DNA of 64,000 nt from assembly GCA_045628045.1 (NCBI GenBank), contig JAZQOV010000001.1:1-64000 (forward strand), written 5' to 3'. Positions within the stretch are counted from its first letter, which is position 1. Each line of letters starts with the position of its first letter. Positions 10,036-18,751 of this stretch are shown here, one piece after another. Made by a program: the position numbers and the translations under genes. Under the pieces are notes generated by a model, which made no database searches, was not told where the DNA came from, and was given only the letters and a program-made list of their open reading frames with translations. Source of the DNA: Bacilli bacterium. GTDB lineage: Bacteria > Bacillota_I > Bacilli_A > RFN20 > CAG-826.

Positions 10036-10819
10036 ATTTATGAATTTTTATCAAATTCTCTGTAAGAGCTAACCTAGTTAATAGACCAACACCACCAGGA
10101 ACTGGTGTTTGAAGTGCAACCTTTTGTCCTGGTTCAATGTCACCATGAAGTCCATCTTCATCTCTATTAATTCCAACATCCACTAAGATTGCTGACTCTT
10201 TAAATTTATATTCACTTGTAATTAAGTGTTTCTTTCCGACTGCCACAACAACTATGTCTGCGTTCTCAAGATAAGTTTTCATATCTTCATGAGAAGTCTT
10301 TGAATGAAGTACTGTTACGTTGCAGCTTTCTTTTAGTAACATCTTTGCCATTGGCTTGCCAACAATGTTTGATCTACCAATAACAACCGCGTTTTTCCCG
10401 AGAAATTGCACGTTTTCGTGCTTTAAATAATTCATTATTCCTTGTGGTGTGCACGGATTGAGTACACTTAATGGATGAAAACCATCGACATCCTTCAACG
10501 GTGAAATGGCAAGTTTAACTGTTTCTTCATTAATTTGTTTTGGAAGAGGCATTTGAACAATAAACCCATCAACTTTTTTGTTTCTATTGAGTTTAGCAAT
10601 GACTTTAAGAAGTGCCTTCTCAGAAGTATCAACAGGTAGTTTTATAAGTTTCGCATCAATTCCTATTTCCGCAGAATCTTTGAGCTTTCCTTTAACGTAG
10701 GCTTTACTTGCTTCATCTTCATTTAATTGGACAATAACAAGTGTTGGTTTTTTATCCATTTTTAAAACTTCTGCTTTTAATTCTTCTTTGCGAAACGCAA
10801 TGTATTCTTTTATAGTCAT
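10034..10819 (-). CDS. folD: methylenetetrahydrofolate dehydrogenase/cyclohydrolase
   Basis: VQMPLP, KDVDGFHP, PCTPQG, GRSNIVGKP, DVGIN and TPVPGGVG motifs. Confidence 0.95.
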   Translation of the reverse strand: MTIKEYIAFRKEELKAEVLKMDKKPTLVIVQLNEDEASKAYVKGKLKDSAEIGIDAKLIKLPVDTSEKALLKVIAKLNRNKKVDGFIVQMPLPKQINEETVKLAISPLKDVDGFHPLSVLNPCTPQGIMNYLKHENVQFLGKNAVVIGRSNIVGKPMAKMLLKESCNVTVLHSKTSHEDMKTYLENADIVVVAVGKKHLITSEYKFKESAILVDVGINRDEDGLHGDIEPGQKVALQTPVPGGVGLLTRLALTENLIKIHK

Positions 10820-10878
10820 AAATCTACCTCTAGAGAAAATTATAACAAATTACATAAAAATTTTATATAATTAGTTAT

Positions 10879-11562
10879 ATGGAATTCGTTGGCATCGATA
10901 AATTTTCACTTCTAGACTACGACGAAAAAGTATCAGTGGTTCTATTTTCACCTGCATGTAATTTTAGATGCCTATTTTGCCATAATGGCGAATCTGTATT
11001 AAATGCGAATACTGAAATTCCTTTTGAGGAAATACTTTCTTATCTCAAAACAAAAGTTAAATTAATTGATGCTGTTGTAATCACTGGTGGTGAACCAACG
11101 CTTATGCCTGAACTTGAAGAAAGAATTTTAAAAATTAGAGAATTAGGATTTTTAATCAAATTAGACACAAACGGATCTAACCCAGAAGTCTTAAAAAATT
11201 TGCTTGATAAAAAACTTTTAGATTACGTTGCGATGGATGTTAAGAACTCTGAAACAATGTATCCTAAAACAACCGGTTGCAAAGTAATAAACATCGAAAA
11301 CATCAAGAAATCTTTAGAAATTCTCAGGAATTCCGGTGTTTTTTACGAATTACGTACAACATTAGTTAAAGAGTTTCACGACGTTAATTCAATTACTGAA
11401 ATGGCAAAACTTGTAAAAGGACATAAGAAACTCTATTTGCAAAAATTCGTGAATAGAGAAGGTGTTATACAAAAAGGCCTCCACGAGATTTCTCTCGAAG
11501 AAGCCAATTCATTTAAAGATATTTTATCTAAATTTGTTCCAACAGAACTTAGAGGCTATTAA
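10879..11562 (+). CDS. nrdG: anaerobic ribonucleotide reductase activating enzyme (radical SAM)
   Basis: CNFRCLFCHN radical-SAM motif, ITGGEPT and KLDTNGS; close to nrdD. Confidence 0.9.
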   Translation: MEFVGIDKFSLLDYDEKVSVVLFSPACNFRCLFCHNGESVLNANTEIPFEEILSYLKTKVKLIDAVVITGGEPTLMPELEERILKIRELGFLIKLDTNGSNPEVLKNLLDKKLLDYVAMDVKNSETMYPKTTGCKVINIENIKKSLEILRNSGVFYELRTTLVKEFHDVNSITEMAKLVKGHKKLYLQKFVNREGVIQKGLHEISLEEANSFKDILSKFVPTELRGY

Positions 11563-12458
11563 CCAAGATACTTAACTGCAGACATTGCAGCGATAGCACC
11601 ATCATTGCAGGCAGTCACAACTTGTTTGATTGCCTTTTTTCTTGTGTCACCGGAAGCATAGACACCAGGAGTTTTAGTGCACATGTTTTCATCAGTAACG
11701 ATAAATCCTTCATCAAGATCAACTAAATTTGAGAAGACTTCATTGTTTGGTTTTTGACCAATTGAAACAAACACGTTGTCTGTTTTAAATTCAAATTTTT
11801 CTTTTGTCATAGTGTTTTCAAAAACTAAACCTTCAAGTTTATCTTTTCCAACATATTCAAGAAGACTCATGTTGTTAGTTACAAAAATATTTTCTTTTTT
11901 GTTAACTCTATCTTGTAATACTGGATCACCAAAGAAATGATCAAATAAAGTAAACATATGAACCTTTGTGCAGAAACCTGCTAGTAAAAGAGCATACTGA
12001 AGTGCTGTATTTGCATCTCCAATTAAATAAACTTCTTTGCCTTTATACATTGGTCCATCGCAAACAGCACAATAATAAACACCATGTCCAATTAAATTCT
12101 CTTCATTAGGAAGATTAAATGTTCTATGTTCAACTCCGTTTGCAATTATAACGGCTTTACATTCATATTGGTTGTAATTCGTTGAAACCTTGAAAATATC
12201 CCCGTTTTTCTGGATATTTTCCACGTTTTCTAGCTCAAAATCGACACCAAGTGACATTATTTGATCAACCATTTTGTCTGTTAATTCTGCACCCGAAATT
12301 TCTTTAATAGTTGGATAATTTTCTACTTTTGGTGAATTAGCAATCTGACCACCAAAATTTTCTTTCTCCAGTATTAAAACTTTTTTATTACTTCTTAATG
12401 CGTATAAGGCGGCAGTAATTCCTGATGGGCCACCGCCTATAATAATAATGTCATGCAT
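11559..12458 (-). CDS. trxB: thioredoxin-disulfide reductase
   Basis: GGGPSG, GGQI, YCAVCDG redox motif and PGVYASGD. The NADPH-binding motif is atypical (GDANTA). Confidence 0.85.
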   Translation of the reverse strand: MHDIIIIGGGPSGITAALYALRSNKKVLILEKENFGGQIANSPKVENYPTIKEISGAELTDKMVDQIMSLGVDFELENVENIQKNGDIFKVSTNYNQYECKAVIIANGVEHRTFNLPNEENLIGHGVYYCAVCDGPMYKGKEVYLIGDANTALQYALLLAGFCTKVHMFTLFDHFFGDPVLQDRVNKKENIFVTNNMSLLEYVGKDKLEGLVFENTMTKEKFEFKTDNVFVSIGQKPNNEVFSNLVDLDEGFIVTDENMCTKTPGVYASGDTRKKAIKQVVTACNDGAIAAMSAVKYLG

Positions 12459-12459
12459 T

Positions 12460-14826
12460 TTATTTTTGGCTTTCTATATAACCTTTAATGCTTGAGGCAT
12501 TTTCGTATGCATCAATCTTGTCACCGTTTGGTACAAGTAAGGTTGGAGCTTTATGAACTCCGTATTTCTTAGTGAGTTCAACATTTTCTTCTGCATCAAC
12601 CCATTTATATTGAATGTGTGCCTTGTCTAAAAGCATTTTTGCCATTTTACAATTTGGGCAGGTCTTAGTTCCAAAAAGCATAATTCCGCCAAGCGTTGCA
12701 TTTCTTTCACATTCATTTTCTTTTGCGTGAAGTTCGTGTGTTAAATGTGATTTATTTGGATCATATTCTTTACGTTGGCCAAACTCTGCAACCTTGCCGT
12801 CGTTCCAGTTTTGAACTGGTCTATAGTAACCAGTAATTCTGGAATAAACTTCAGTTTTTTGACCACAATGTGGGCAGGTATATTGTTCGCCATCAAGATA
12901 TCCGTGATCCTTACAAATTGAGTAAGTTGGAGACATTGTATAGTAAGGAATATGGTAGTTTTCCGCTATTTTTCTCACTAAATTCATGCATGATTTGTAA
13001 GATGGAAGCTTTTGTCCTAAGAAACAATGGAAGACTGTTCCTGAGGTGTAAAGTGTTTGAAGACCATCTTGAATATCAAGTGCTTTAAATATGTCATCGG
13101 TAAATTCAACAGGAAGGTGTGATGAGTTTGTGTAATAAGGTGTCTTTGCAACTCCTTCTGAAGCACAAATAATGTCTGGATATTTTTCTTTATCGTGTTT
13201 TGCGAGACGATATGAAGTTGATTCAGCAGGTGTAGCTTCAAGGTTATAAAGATCACCATAAAGTTCTTGGTAGTCAGAGAGTCTTTCTCTCATGTGATTT
13301 AAAACATCTTTAGTAAATTGAACAGCTTCTGGGTTTGTTAAATCTTTTCTTAACCATCTAGCATTTAAACATGCTTCATTCATACCAACTAATCCGATTG
13401 TTGAGAAGTGATTTGCAAATGTTCCAAGATAACGTTTTGTAAATGGATAAAGACCAGCTTCAAGAAGTTTTGTGATTGTTGTTCTTTTAACTTTTAATGA
13501 ACGAGCTGAGATGTCCATAATCTTGTCTAAACGTGTGTAGAAATCTGCTTCATCAGTTGCTAAATATGCAAGTCTTGGCATGTTAATTGTAACAACACCA
13601 ACAGAGCCTGTAGACTCACCAGAACCGAAAAATCCACCGGATTTCTTGCGTAATTCACGTAAATCTAGGCGTAAACGACAGCACATACTTCTAACATCAC
13701 TTGGTTCCATGTCGGAATTAATGTAGTTACTGAAATATGGTGTTCCGTATTTAGCAGTCATTGTAAATAAGAGTTTATTGTTCTCAGTTTCTGACCAGTC
13801 AAAATCTTTTGTAACTGAGTAAGTTGGAATTGGATATTGGAAGCCGCGTCCATTAGCATCGCCTTCAATCATAACCTCAATAAAGGCTTTGTTAACCATG
13901 TCCATTTCAGCCTTGCAATCTTTATATTTGAAATCAACTTCTTTACCACCAACAATACAGTTGAGTTCTGCCATATCATTTGGAACAACCCAGTCTAATG
14001 TAATGTTTGTAAATGGAGCTTGTGTTCCCCATCTAGATGGAGTGTTAACGCCGAAGACAAATGATTGAATGCATTGTTTAACTTCTTTATATGAAAGATT
14101 ATCAACTTTAACAAATGGTGCTAAATAAGTATCAAATGAAGAGAAAGCTTGAGCGCCAGCCCATTCATTTTGCATAATTCCAAGGAAGTTAACCATTTGG
14201 TTACATAAAGTTGATAAGTGAGAAGCTGGAGAGGATGTGATCTTGCCAGAAACACCACCTAAACCTTCTTGAATAAGCTGTTTAAGTGACCAACCTGCGC
14301 AATAACCTGTAAGCATTGATAAGTCATGAATGTGAATATCAGCATTTTTATGTGCATCACCAATTTCCTTATCATAAATTTCACTTAACCAATAGTTAGC
14401 AGTAATGGCGCCGCTGTTCGAAAGGATCAAACCACCAACAGAATAAGTAACTGTTGAGTTTTCTTTAACTCTCCAGTCGCTAATTTTTAAGTAATTATCA
14501 ATGACGTTCTTGTAATCAATACTTGTCTGGGAGATAGAACGGAGGTTTTCGTGTTGTTTTCTATAAACCATGTATGATTTAGCAACGTCAACATATCCAC
14601 TTTGTACTAAAACGACCTCAACTGAGTCTTGAATGTCCTCAATTGAAATAGTTTCATCTGATTTAATTTTGTTATTGAAATCTGCTGTTACGCGTAACGC
14701 GAGCATTTCTATAATATCTTTAGTATAGAATTTGTGCTCTTGCATAAAAGCACGTTCAATTGCGTTCTCAATCTTTTTTATATCAAAATCGATAATTGAG
14801 CCGTCTCTTTTTTGAATTTTAATCAT
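12460..14826 (-). CDS. nrdD: class III (anaerobic) ribonucleoside-triphosphate reductase with N-terminal ATP cone and C-terminal glutaredoxin-like domain
   Basis: ATP cone KRDGS, HIHDL, RSMCCRL finger loop, EATPAES, CKDH...CPHC zinc site, glycyl-radical YSRITGYYRP and a C-terminal TKTCPNCK domain. Start placed at 14826 after a GGAGGG SD. Confidence 0.93.
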   Translation of the reverse strand: MIKIQKRDGSIIDFDIKKIENAIERAFMQEHKFYTKDIIEMLALRVTADFNNKIKSDETISIEDIQDSVEVVLVQSGYVDVAKSYMVYRKQHENLRSISQTSIDYKNVIDNYLKISDWRVKENSTVTYSVGGLILSNSGAITANYWLSEIYDKEIGDAHKNADIHIHDLSMLTGYCAGWSLKQLIQEGLGGVSGKITSSPASHLSTLCNQMVNFLGIMQNEWAGAQAFSSFDTYLAPFVKVDNLSYKEVKQCIQSFVFGVNTPSRWGTQAPFTNITLDWVVPNDMAELNCIVGGKEVDFKYKDCKAEMDMVNKAFIEVMIEGDANGRGFQYPIPTYSVTKDFDWSETENNKLLFTMTAKYGTPYFSNYINSDMEPSDVRSMCCRLRLDLRELRKKSGGFFGSGESTGSVGVVTINMPRLAYLATDEADFYTRLDKIMDISARSLKVKRTTITKLLEAGLYPFTKRYLGTFANHFSTIGLVGMNEACLNARWLRKDLTNPEAVQFTKDVLNHMRERLSDYQELYGDLYNLEATPAESTSYRLAKHDKEKYPDIICASEGVAKTPYYTNSSHLPVEFTDDIFKALDIQDGLQTLYTSGTVFHCFLGQKLPSYKSCMNLVRKIAENYHIPYYTMSPTYSICKDHGYLDGEQYTCPHCGQKTEVYSRITGYYRPVQNWNDGKVAEFGQRKEYDPNKSHLTHELHAKENECERNATLGGIMLFGTKTCPNCKMAKMLLDKAHIQYKWVDAEENVELTKKYGVHKAPTLLVPNGDKIDAYENASSIKGYIESQK

Positions 14827-14841
14827 ATTTTCCCTCCATTT

Positions 14842-14919
14842 TTGCGTTTTTAAAATATACTCTGCGAGCAGAGTATACCAACTCTTTTTCAAGAGATTTC
14901 TTAGATCGCAATTATTATA
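14842..14919 (-). promoter_or_regulatory. nrdD promoter (-10 TATAAT at 14914-14919) and structured 5' leader
   Basis: Hairpins CTCTT-GAAA-AAGAG and TATACTCTG-CTCG-CAGAGTATA, flanked by TTGCG/CGCAA. Confidence 0.5.
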
Positions 14920-15017
14920 CAAGAGAAATAAAAAACTTGCCTTATAAAAGCATTCAAAATATATACAGTGTATAACTTTTTCTTAAAAATGGTCGGAGTA
15001 ATCACAAAGTTTAAAAT

Positions 15018-15045
15018 AAAAAGTCCGGTTATGTTAACCAGACTT
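15018..15045 (-). terminator. intrinsic terminator
   Basis: Minus strand AAGTCTGGTTA-ACA-TAACCGGACTT followed by a T-run, after the pcrA...mazG-like gene run. Confidence 0.75.
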
Positions 15046-15065
15046 ATTTAATATCATTAATGATA

Positions 15066-15380
15066 TTACTCGTTATATTTTTTCGCAATTCCTTTGAATT
15101 TTTCGACCGGATATTTTTTTTCGTTTTGGTCCATTTTTTGATTAACGACTTCGTCGAGGTCTAAATTGAGCTCATCGGCCAGGTTTTGGCAGTTTACTAT
15201 GACATCTGCGAGTTCTTCTTTGACCTTTTCGAGCTTAAAATTCTCATTCCATTGAAAACATTCGAGTAATTCAGTGGATTCAATTGCGATAGTTTTAGCT
15301 AAAGCATTAGGTGTATGGAACTTATTCCACTCGCGATCACTTGTAAATTTACGGATACGTTTAATTGTTTTTCTTTTCAT
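15066..15380 (-). CDS. MazG-like nucleotide pyrophosphohydrolase
   Basis: RDW-like REWNKFHTP, ELLECFQW, EELADV and KYPVEK motifs. Confidence 0.88.
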   Translation of the reverse strand: MKRKTIKRIRKFTSDREWNKFHTPNALAKTIAIESTELLECFQWNENFKLEKVKEELADVIVNCQNLADELNLDLDEVVNQKMDQNEKKYPVEKFKGIAKKYNE

Positions 15381-15383
15381 ACT

Positions 15384-16292
15384 TTATGCCTTAATAAAGT
15401 TCCAAATGTACTCATAGACATCCTTCTTATTTGTTTCATTAAGAATTTCATGTCTCATATTTTCATATAATTTGAGTTCAACATTATTCATACCTAGTTT
15501 CTTATAAAGCTTAACAAGGGCTTTTGGTCCTTTTCCGCATGCGCCAACAGGGTCATCGTATCCCGCAATAACTAAAACTGGTAAATCTTTACGAATCTTA
15601 TGTAAAAACTTATTTTTATAGAGTCTATGATTGCCTTTAAGTAACTCTCTATAGAAACCATTTGATGAAGGATGGCCACATTTTGGATCTTTAATGTAGT
15701 TTTGGACATTTTCTTCATTAAATGAAAGCCAATCTAAATCAGTCTTTCTATTTTTGATTGATTTTCCATAACTTCCTACTGCTAAATTAGCGAGCATTTT
15801 TGCTTTTTTGGTCTCGCCTTTAAATTTGCAAATAAGTCTAGCTAATGGATAACCAACTGCGTAAGCTAATTTCGCATTTGGTCCATTTGTTCCAACAATA
15901 ACAACTTTACTTGCACGTTTAGAGTAACGTTGAATGAAGTCTTGAACAATAAATGAACCCATTGAATGTCCCAAAACAACTAATGGTTTATTTTTAATTG
16001 CGTATTTCTTTGCAACGTCATCAATAATTCTAACTGACTTTGAAAAGAATGAACGTGGAACGATTCCTAATTCATCAAGGGTAAGTGCATTTTCACCATG
16101 ACCATAATAATCAACGCAATAAACATTGTAGTTGTGTGCATTAATAAATTTTGCAAAATCATCATAGCGTCCAGCGTACTCTTCCATACCTGTGGTAATA
16201 ATTAAAACACCTTCAGGAGAAGGGACTTCCCAAGCGAAACCAAAAAGGGTGTCGCCATTTACAGTTTTAATAGAAATTCCGTGTTTTTCCAT
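15384..16292 (-). CDS. alpha/beta hydrolase (lysophospholipase-like)
   Basis: GHSMG nucleophile elbow, DDPVG and RHEILNE. Confidence 0.88.
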   Translation of the reverse strand: MEKHGISIKTVNGDTLFGFAWEVPSPEGVLIITTGMEEYAGRYDDFAKFINAHNYNVYCVDYYGHGENALTLDELGIVPRSFFSKSVRIIDDVAKKYAIKNKPLVVLGHSMGSFIVQDFIQRYSKRASKVVIVGTNGPNAKLAYAVGYPLARLICKFKGETKKAKMLANLAVGSYGKSIKNRKTDLDWLSFNEENVQNYIKDPKCGHPSSNGFYRELLKGNHRLYKNKFLHKIRKDLPVLVIAGYDDPVGACGKGPKALVKLYKKLGMNNVELKLYENMRHEILNETNKKDVYEYIWNFIKA

Positions 16293-16304
16293 AGGATTTT
16301 TCCT

Positions 16305-17324
16305 CTATTTATCGAATCCTCTAGGATTATTTTTTTGCCAATTCCAAGAATCACGACATGCATCAACAATGTCATGTGTGCATTTAAATCCCATCTCTTT
16401 ATAGGCTTTATCTGCATTAGCATAACATGATGCAATATCACCTGGACGACGATCAACAATTTTGAATTTAATTGTAATGTTATTTGCTTTTTCAAAAGCG
16501 TGTACAAGTTCTAAAACCGATGTACCTTTTCCAGTTCCTAAGTTATAAATTACAAGACCTGGATTTGTTTCAAGTTTTTTAATTGAAAGAATGTGGCCAT
16601 GAGCCAAATCTTCAACGTGAATATAATCTCTAACACCAGTTCCATCAACTGTATCATAATCGTTTCCAAATACTTTTAATTCTTCAAGTTTACCAACAGC
16701 CACTTGAGTAATATATGGCATTAAATTATTTGGAATACCTTGTGGGTCTTCGCCAATAAGTCCTGAAGCATGTGCTCCAATAGGATTGAAATATCTTAAA
16801 AGCGCAATGTTCCAGCTTTTATCTTTCTTAGCTAAATCTTGAAGCATTAATTCAATACGATATTTTGTTTCACCATATGGATTTGTGGTTCCGCCAATTT
16901 CATCTGTTTCATAAATTGGAACACGTTTTGGATTTCCATAAACTGTTGCAGAACTTGAGAAAACAATATTCTTGCAACCATGTTTCTCCATGGCGCTTAA
17001 AAGAACATTGGTTGACCCAATATTGTTATCAAAATAAAGGTCTGGTTTTTGAACTGATTCACCAACAGATTTTAAACCTGCAAAATGAATAACAGCAGAA
17101 ATTTCATGTTTATCAAAAATTTCGTTAACGTGAGCTTCATCACGAACGTCATATTCATAAAATAGTGGTCTTTTTCCGCTTATTTTTTCAATTCTGTTCA
17201 ATACTTCTGGTTTTGAGTTGCAGAGATTATCGACAATAATTGGATCGTATCCTGCTTCAATAAGTTGGATAACAGTGTGCGAGCCAATGTAGCCCATTCC
17301 ACCTGTAACTAGAATCTTTTTCAT
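16305..17324 (-). CDS. galE: UDP-glucose 4-epimerase
   Basis: TGGMGYIGSH, HFAGLKSVGES, SSSATVYG, YGETK and LRYFNPIGAH motifs. Confidence 0.96.
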   Translation of the reverse strand: MKKILVTGGMGYIGSHTVIQLIEAGYDPIIVDNLCNSKPEVLNRIEKISGKRPLFYEYDVRDEAHVNEIFDKHEISAVIHFAGLKSVGESVQKPDLYFDNNIGSTNVLLSAMEKHGCKNIVFSSSATVYGNPKRVPIYETDEIGGTTNPYGETKYRIELMLQDLAKKDKSWNIALLRYFNPIGAHASGLIGEDPQGIPNNLMPYITQVAVGKLEELKVFGNDYDTVDGTGVRDYIHVEDLAHGHILSIKKLETNPGLVIYNLGTGKGTSVLELVHAFEKANNITIKFKIVDRRPGDIASCYANADKAYKEMGFKCTHDIVDACRDSWNWQKNNPRGFDK

Positions 17325-18751
17325 CGTTTGTTTAGCTCCTCTAATAATAAATCGGAAGTAATTTTTGGATTAATTTTTCCTTGTGTCTTTTTCATAATTT
17401 GACCAACCAAGAAACCAAGAGCTCTTCCTTTGCCTTCTTTGTAGTCAATGATTGCTTGTGGGTTTTCTTCAAGCACAGCATTTACAGCGTCTTTAATAAA
17501 TGAAAGATCACTAATTTGTGAAGAGATACCAAGTGCTTCTTTTGCTTTTTTAGCATCTAGATTGTCTGAAAGCATCTTAGCAAAAATTTCTCTTGCTTGA
17601 TTTGAGTTAACTTCGTTAGATGCAACCATATTAACAAGTCCAACTAAAGTATTTGGTTTAATTGGGAATTCTTTAATTGAGATAACGTTTTTGTTTAAAT
17701 ATGCTGCAACATCAACGTTAATCCAGTTTGCTAAAAGTTTATAAGCATTAGAAGATTTTGTGGCTTCATCGTAATAATCAGAAACTGCTTTTTCGCTTAC
17801 AAGTAAAGAAGCATCGTAGTCATTAAGGCCGTGTTCTTTGATGTAACGATTTTTCTTTGATTCAGCAAGTTCTGGGCATGATGAAATAGCGTCTTCAATA
17901 AACTCATCGCTTAATGCAATTGGTGTAATATTGCCTTCAGGGAAATATTTATAATCAACTGCATCAGTCTTCAAACGCATTGAAATTGTTTCACCCTTTT
18001 TATCGTCAAATCTACGGGTTTCTTGGAGGATTTCTCCGCCAGATTCAATAATTTTGGCTTGGCGAGCGACTTCAAAATCAATTGCTTTTTGGACGTAATT
18101 TATGGAGTTAATGTTTTTAACTTCAACTTTCTTTCCAAATTCGTTTGATCCTTTTGGTCTAATAGAAACGTTTGTGTCAACACGGAGAGATCCTTCTTCC
18201 ATCTTGCCATCACTAACGCCTGAGAAAACAACAATTGAGCGAATCTTTTCAACATATTTCATTGCTTCTTCACCGCTTCTAAGTTTTGGCTTAGAAACAA
18301 TTTCAATAAGTGGGGTTCCGGCACGGTTGTAATTTAAAAGTGTAAAACCTGGTAAGTGAAGTTGTTTACAAGTATCTTCTTCCATGTGAAGTCTTTCGAT
18401 TCCAATTTTCTTGGTTTTTCCATCAACTTCAATTTCAAGATAACCTTCACTTCCTATTGGACGTCTATCTTGAGTAATTTGATAACCTTTTGGAAGGTCG
18501 CTATAGAAATAATTTTTACGATCAAAATGTAAAACATTATCAATGCTCATATGAAGTGCATTACACACTCTAATTGCGTAAATAACCCCTTCTTTATTTA
18601 CAACCGGCATTGTTCCTGGAAACGCCATATCAAGTGGTGCGCACAAAGTGTTTGGCTCTTTTCCATAAGCAACAGGGGCATCAGAAAACATTTTTGACTT
18701 AGTCTTAAGTTCAACGTGAATTTCAAGACCGATAACTGGTTCAAATTCCAT
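17321..18751 (-). CDS. gatB: Asp/Glu-tRNA amidotransferase subunit B
   Basis: IGLEIHVELKTKSKMF, FDRKNYFYSDLPKGYQITQ, NRAGTPLIEIV and MEEGSLRVD motifs. Confidence 0.97.
   Translation of the reverse strand: MEFEPVIGLEIHVELKTKSKMFSDAPVAYGKEPNTLCAPLDMAFPGTMPVVNKEGVIYAIRVCNALHMSIDNVLHFDRKNYFYSDLPKGYQITQDRRPIGSEGYLEIEVDGKTKKIGIERLHMEEDTCKQLHLPGFTLLNYNRAGTPLIEIVSKPKLRSGEEAMKYVEKIRSIVVFSGVSDGKMEEGSLRVDTNVSIRPKGSNEFGKKVEVKNINSINYVQKAIDFEVARQAKIIESGGEILQETRRFDDKKGETISMRLKTDAVDYKYFPEGNITPIALSDEFIEDAISSCPELAESKKNRYIKEHGLNDYDASLLVSEKAVSDYYDEATKSSNAYKLLANWINVDVAAYLNKNVISIKEFPIKPNTLVGLVNMVASNEVNSNQAREIFAKMLSDNLDAKKAKEALGISSQISDLSFIKDAVNAVLEENPQAIIDYKEGKGRALGFLVGQIMKKTQGKINPKITSDLLLEELNKR

Noticed and set aside
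14827-14922. Longer N-terminal extensions in the ORF track (nrdD 14922; also 4117, 20247, 24797, 35256, 46654, 53851, 60686, 62356)
   Set aside because: Downstream starts fit the SD or -10 positions and the family N-termini better; the extensions run through promoters, leaders or neighbouring genes.
14956-14971. Possible NrdR box (ACACTGTATATATTTT on the minus strand) upstream of nrdD
   Set aside because: It is a single copy with about three mismatches in AT-rich DNA; NrdR boxes usually come in tandem. Too weak to call.
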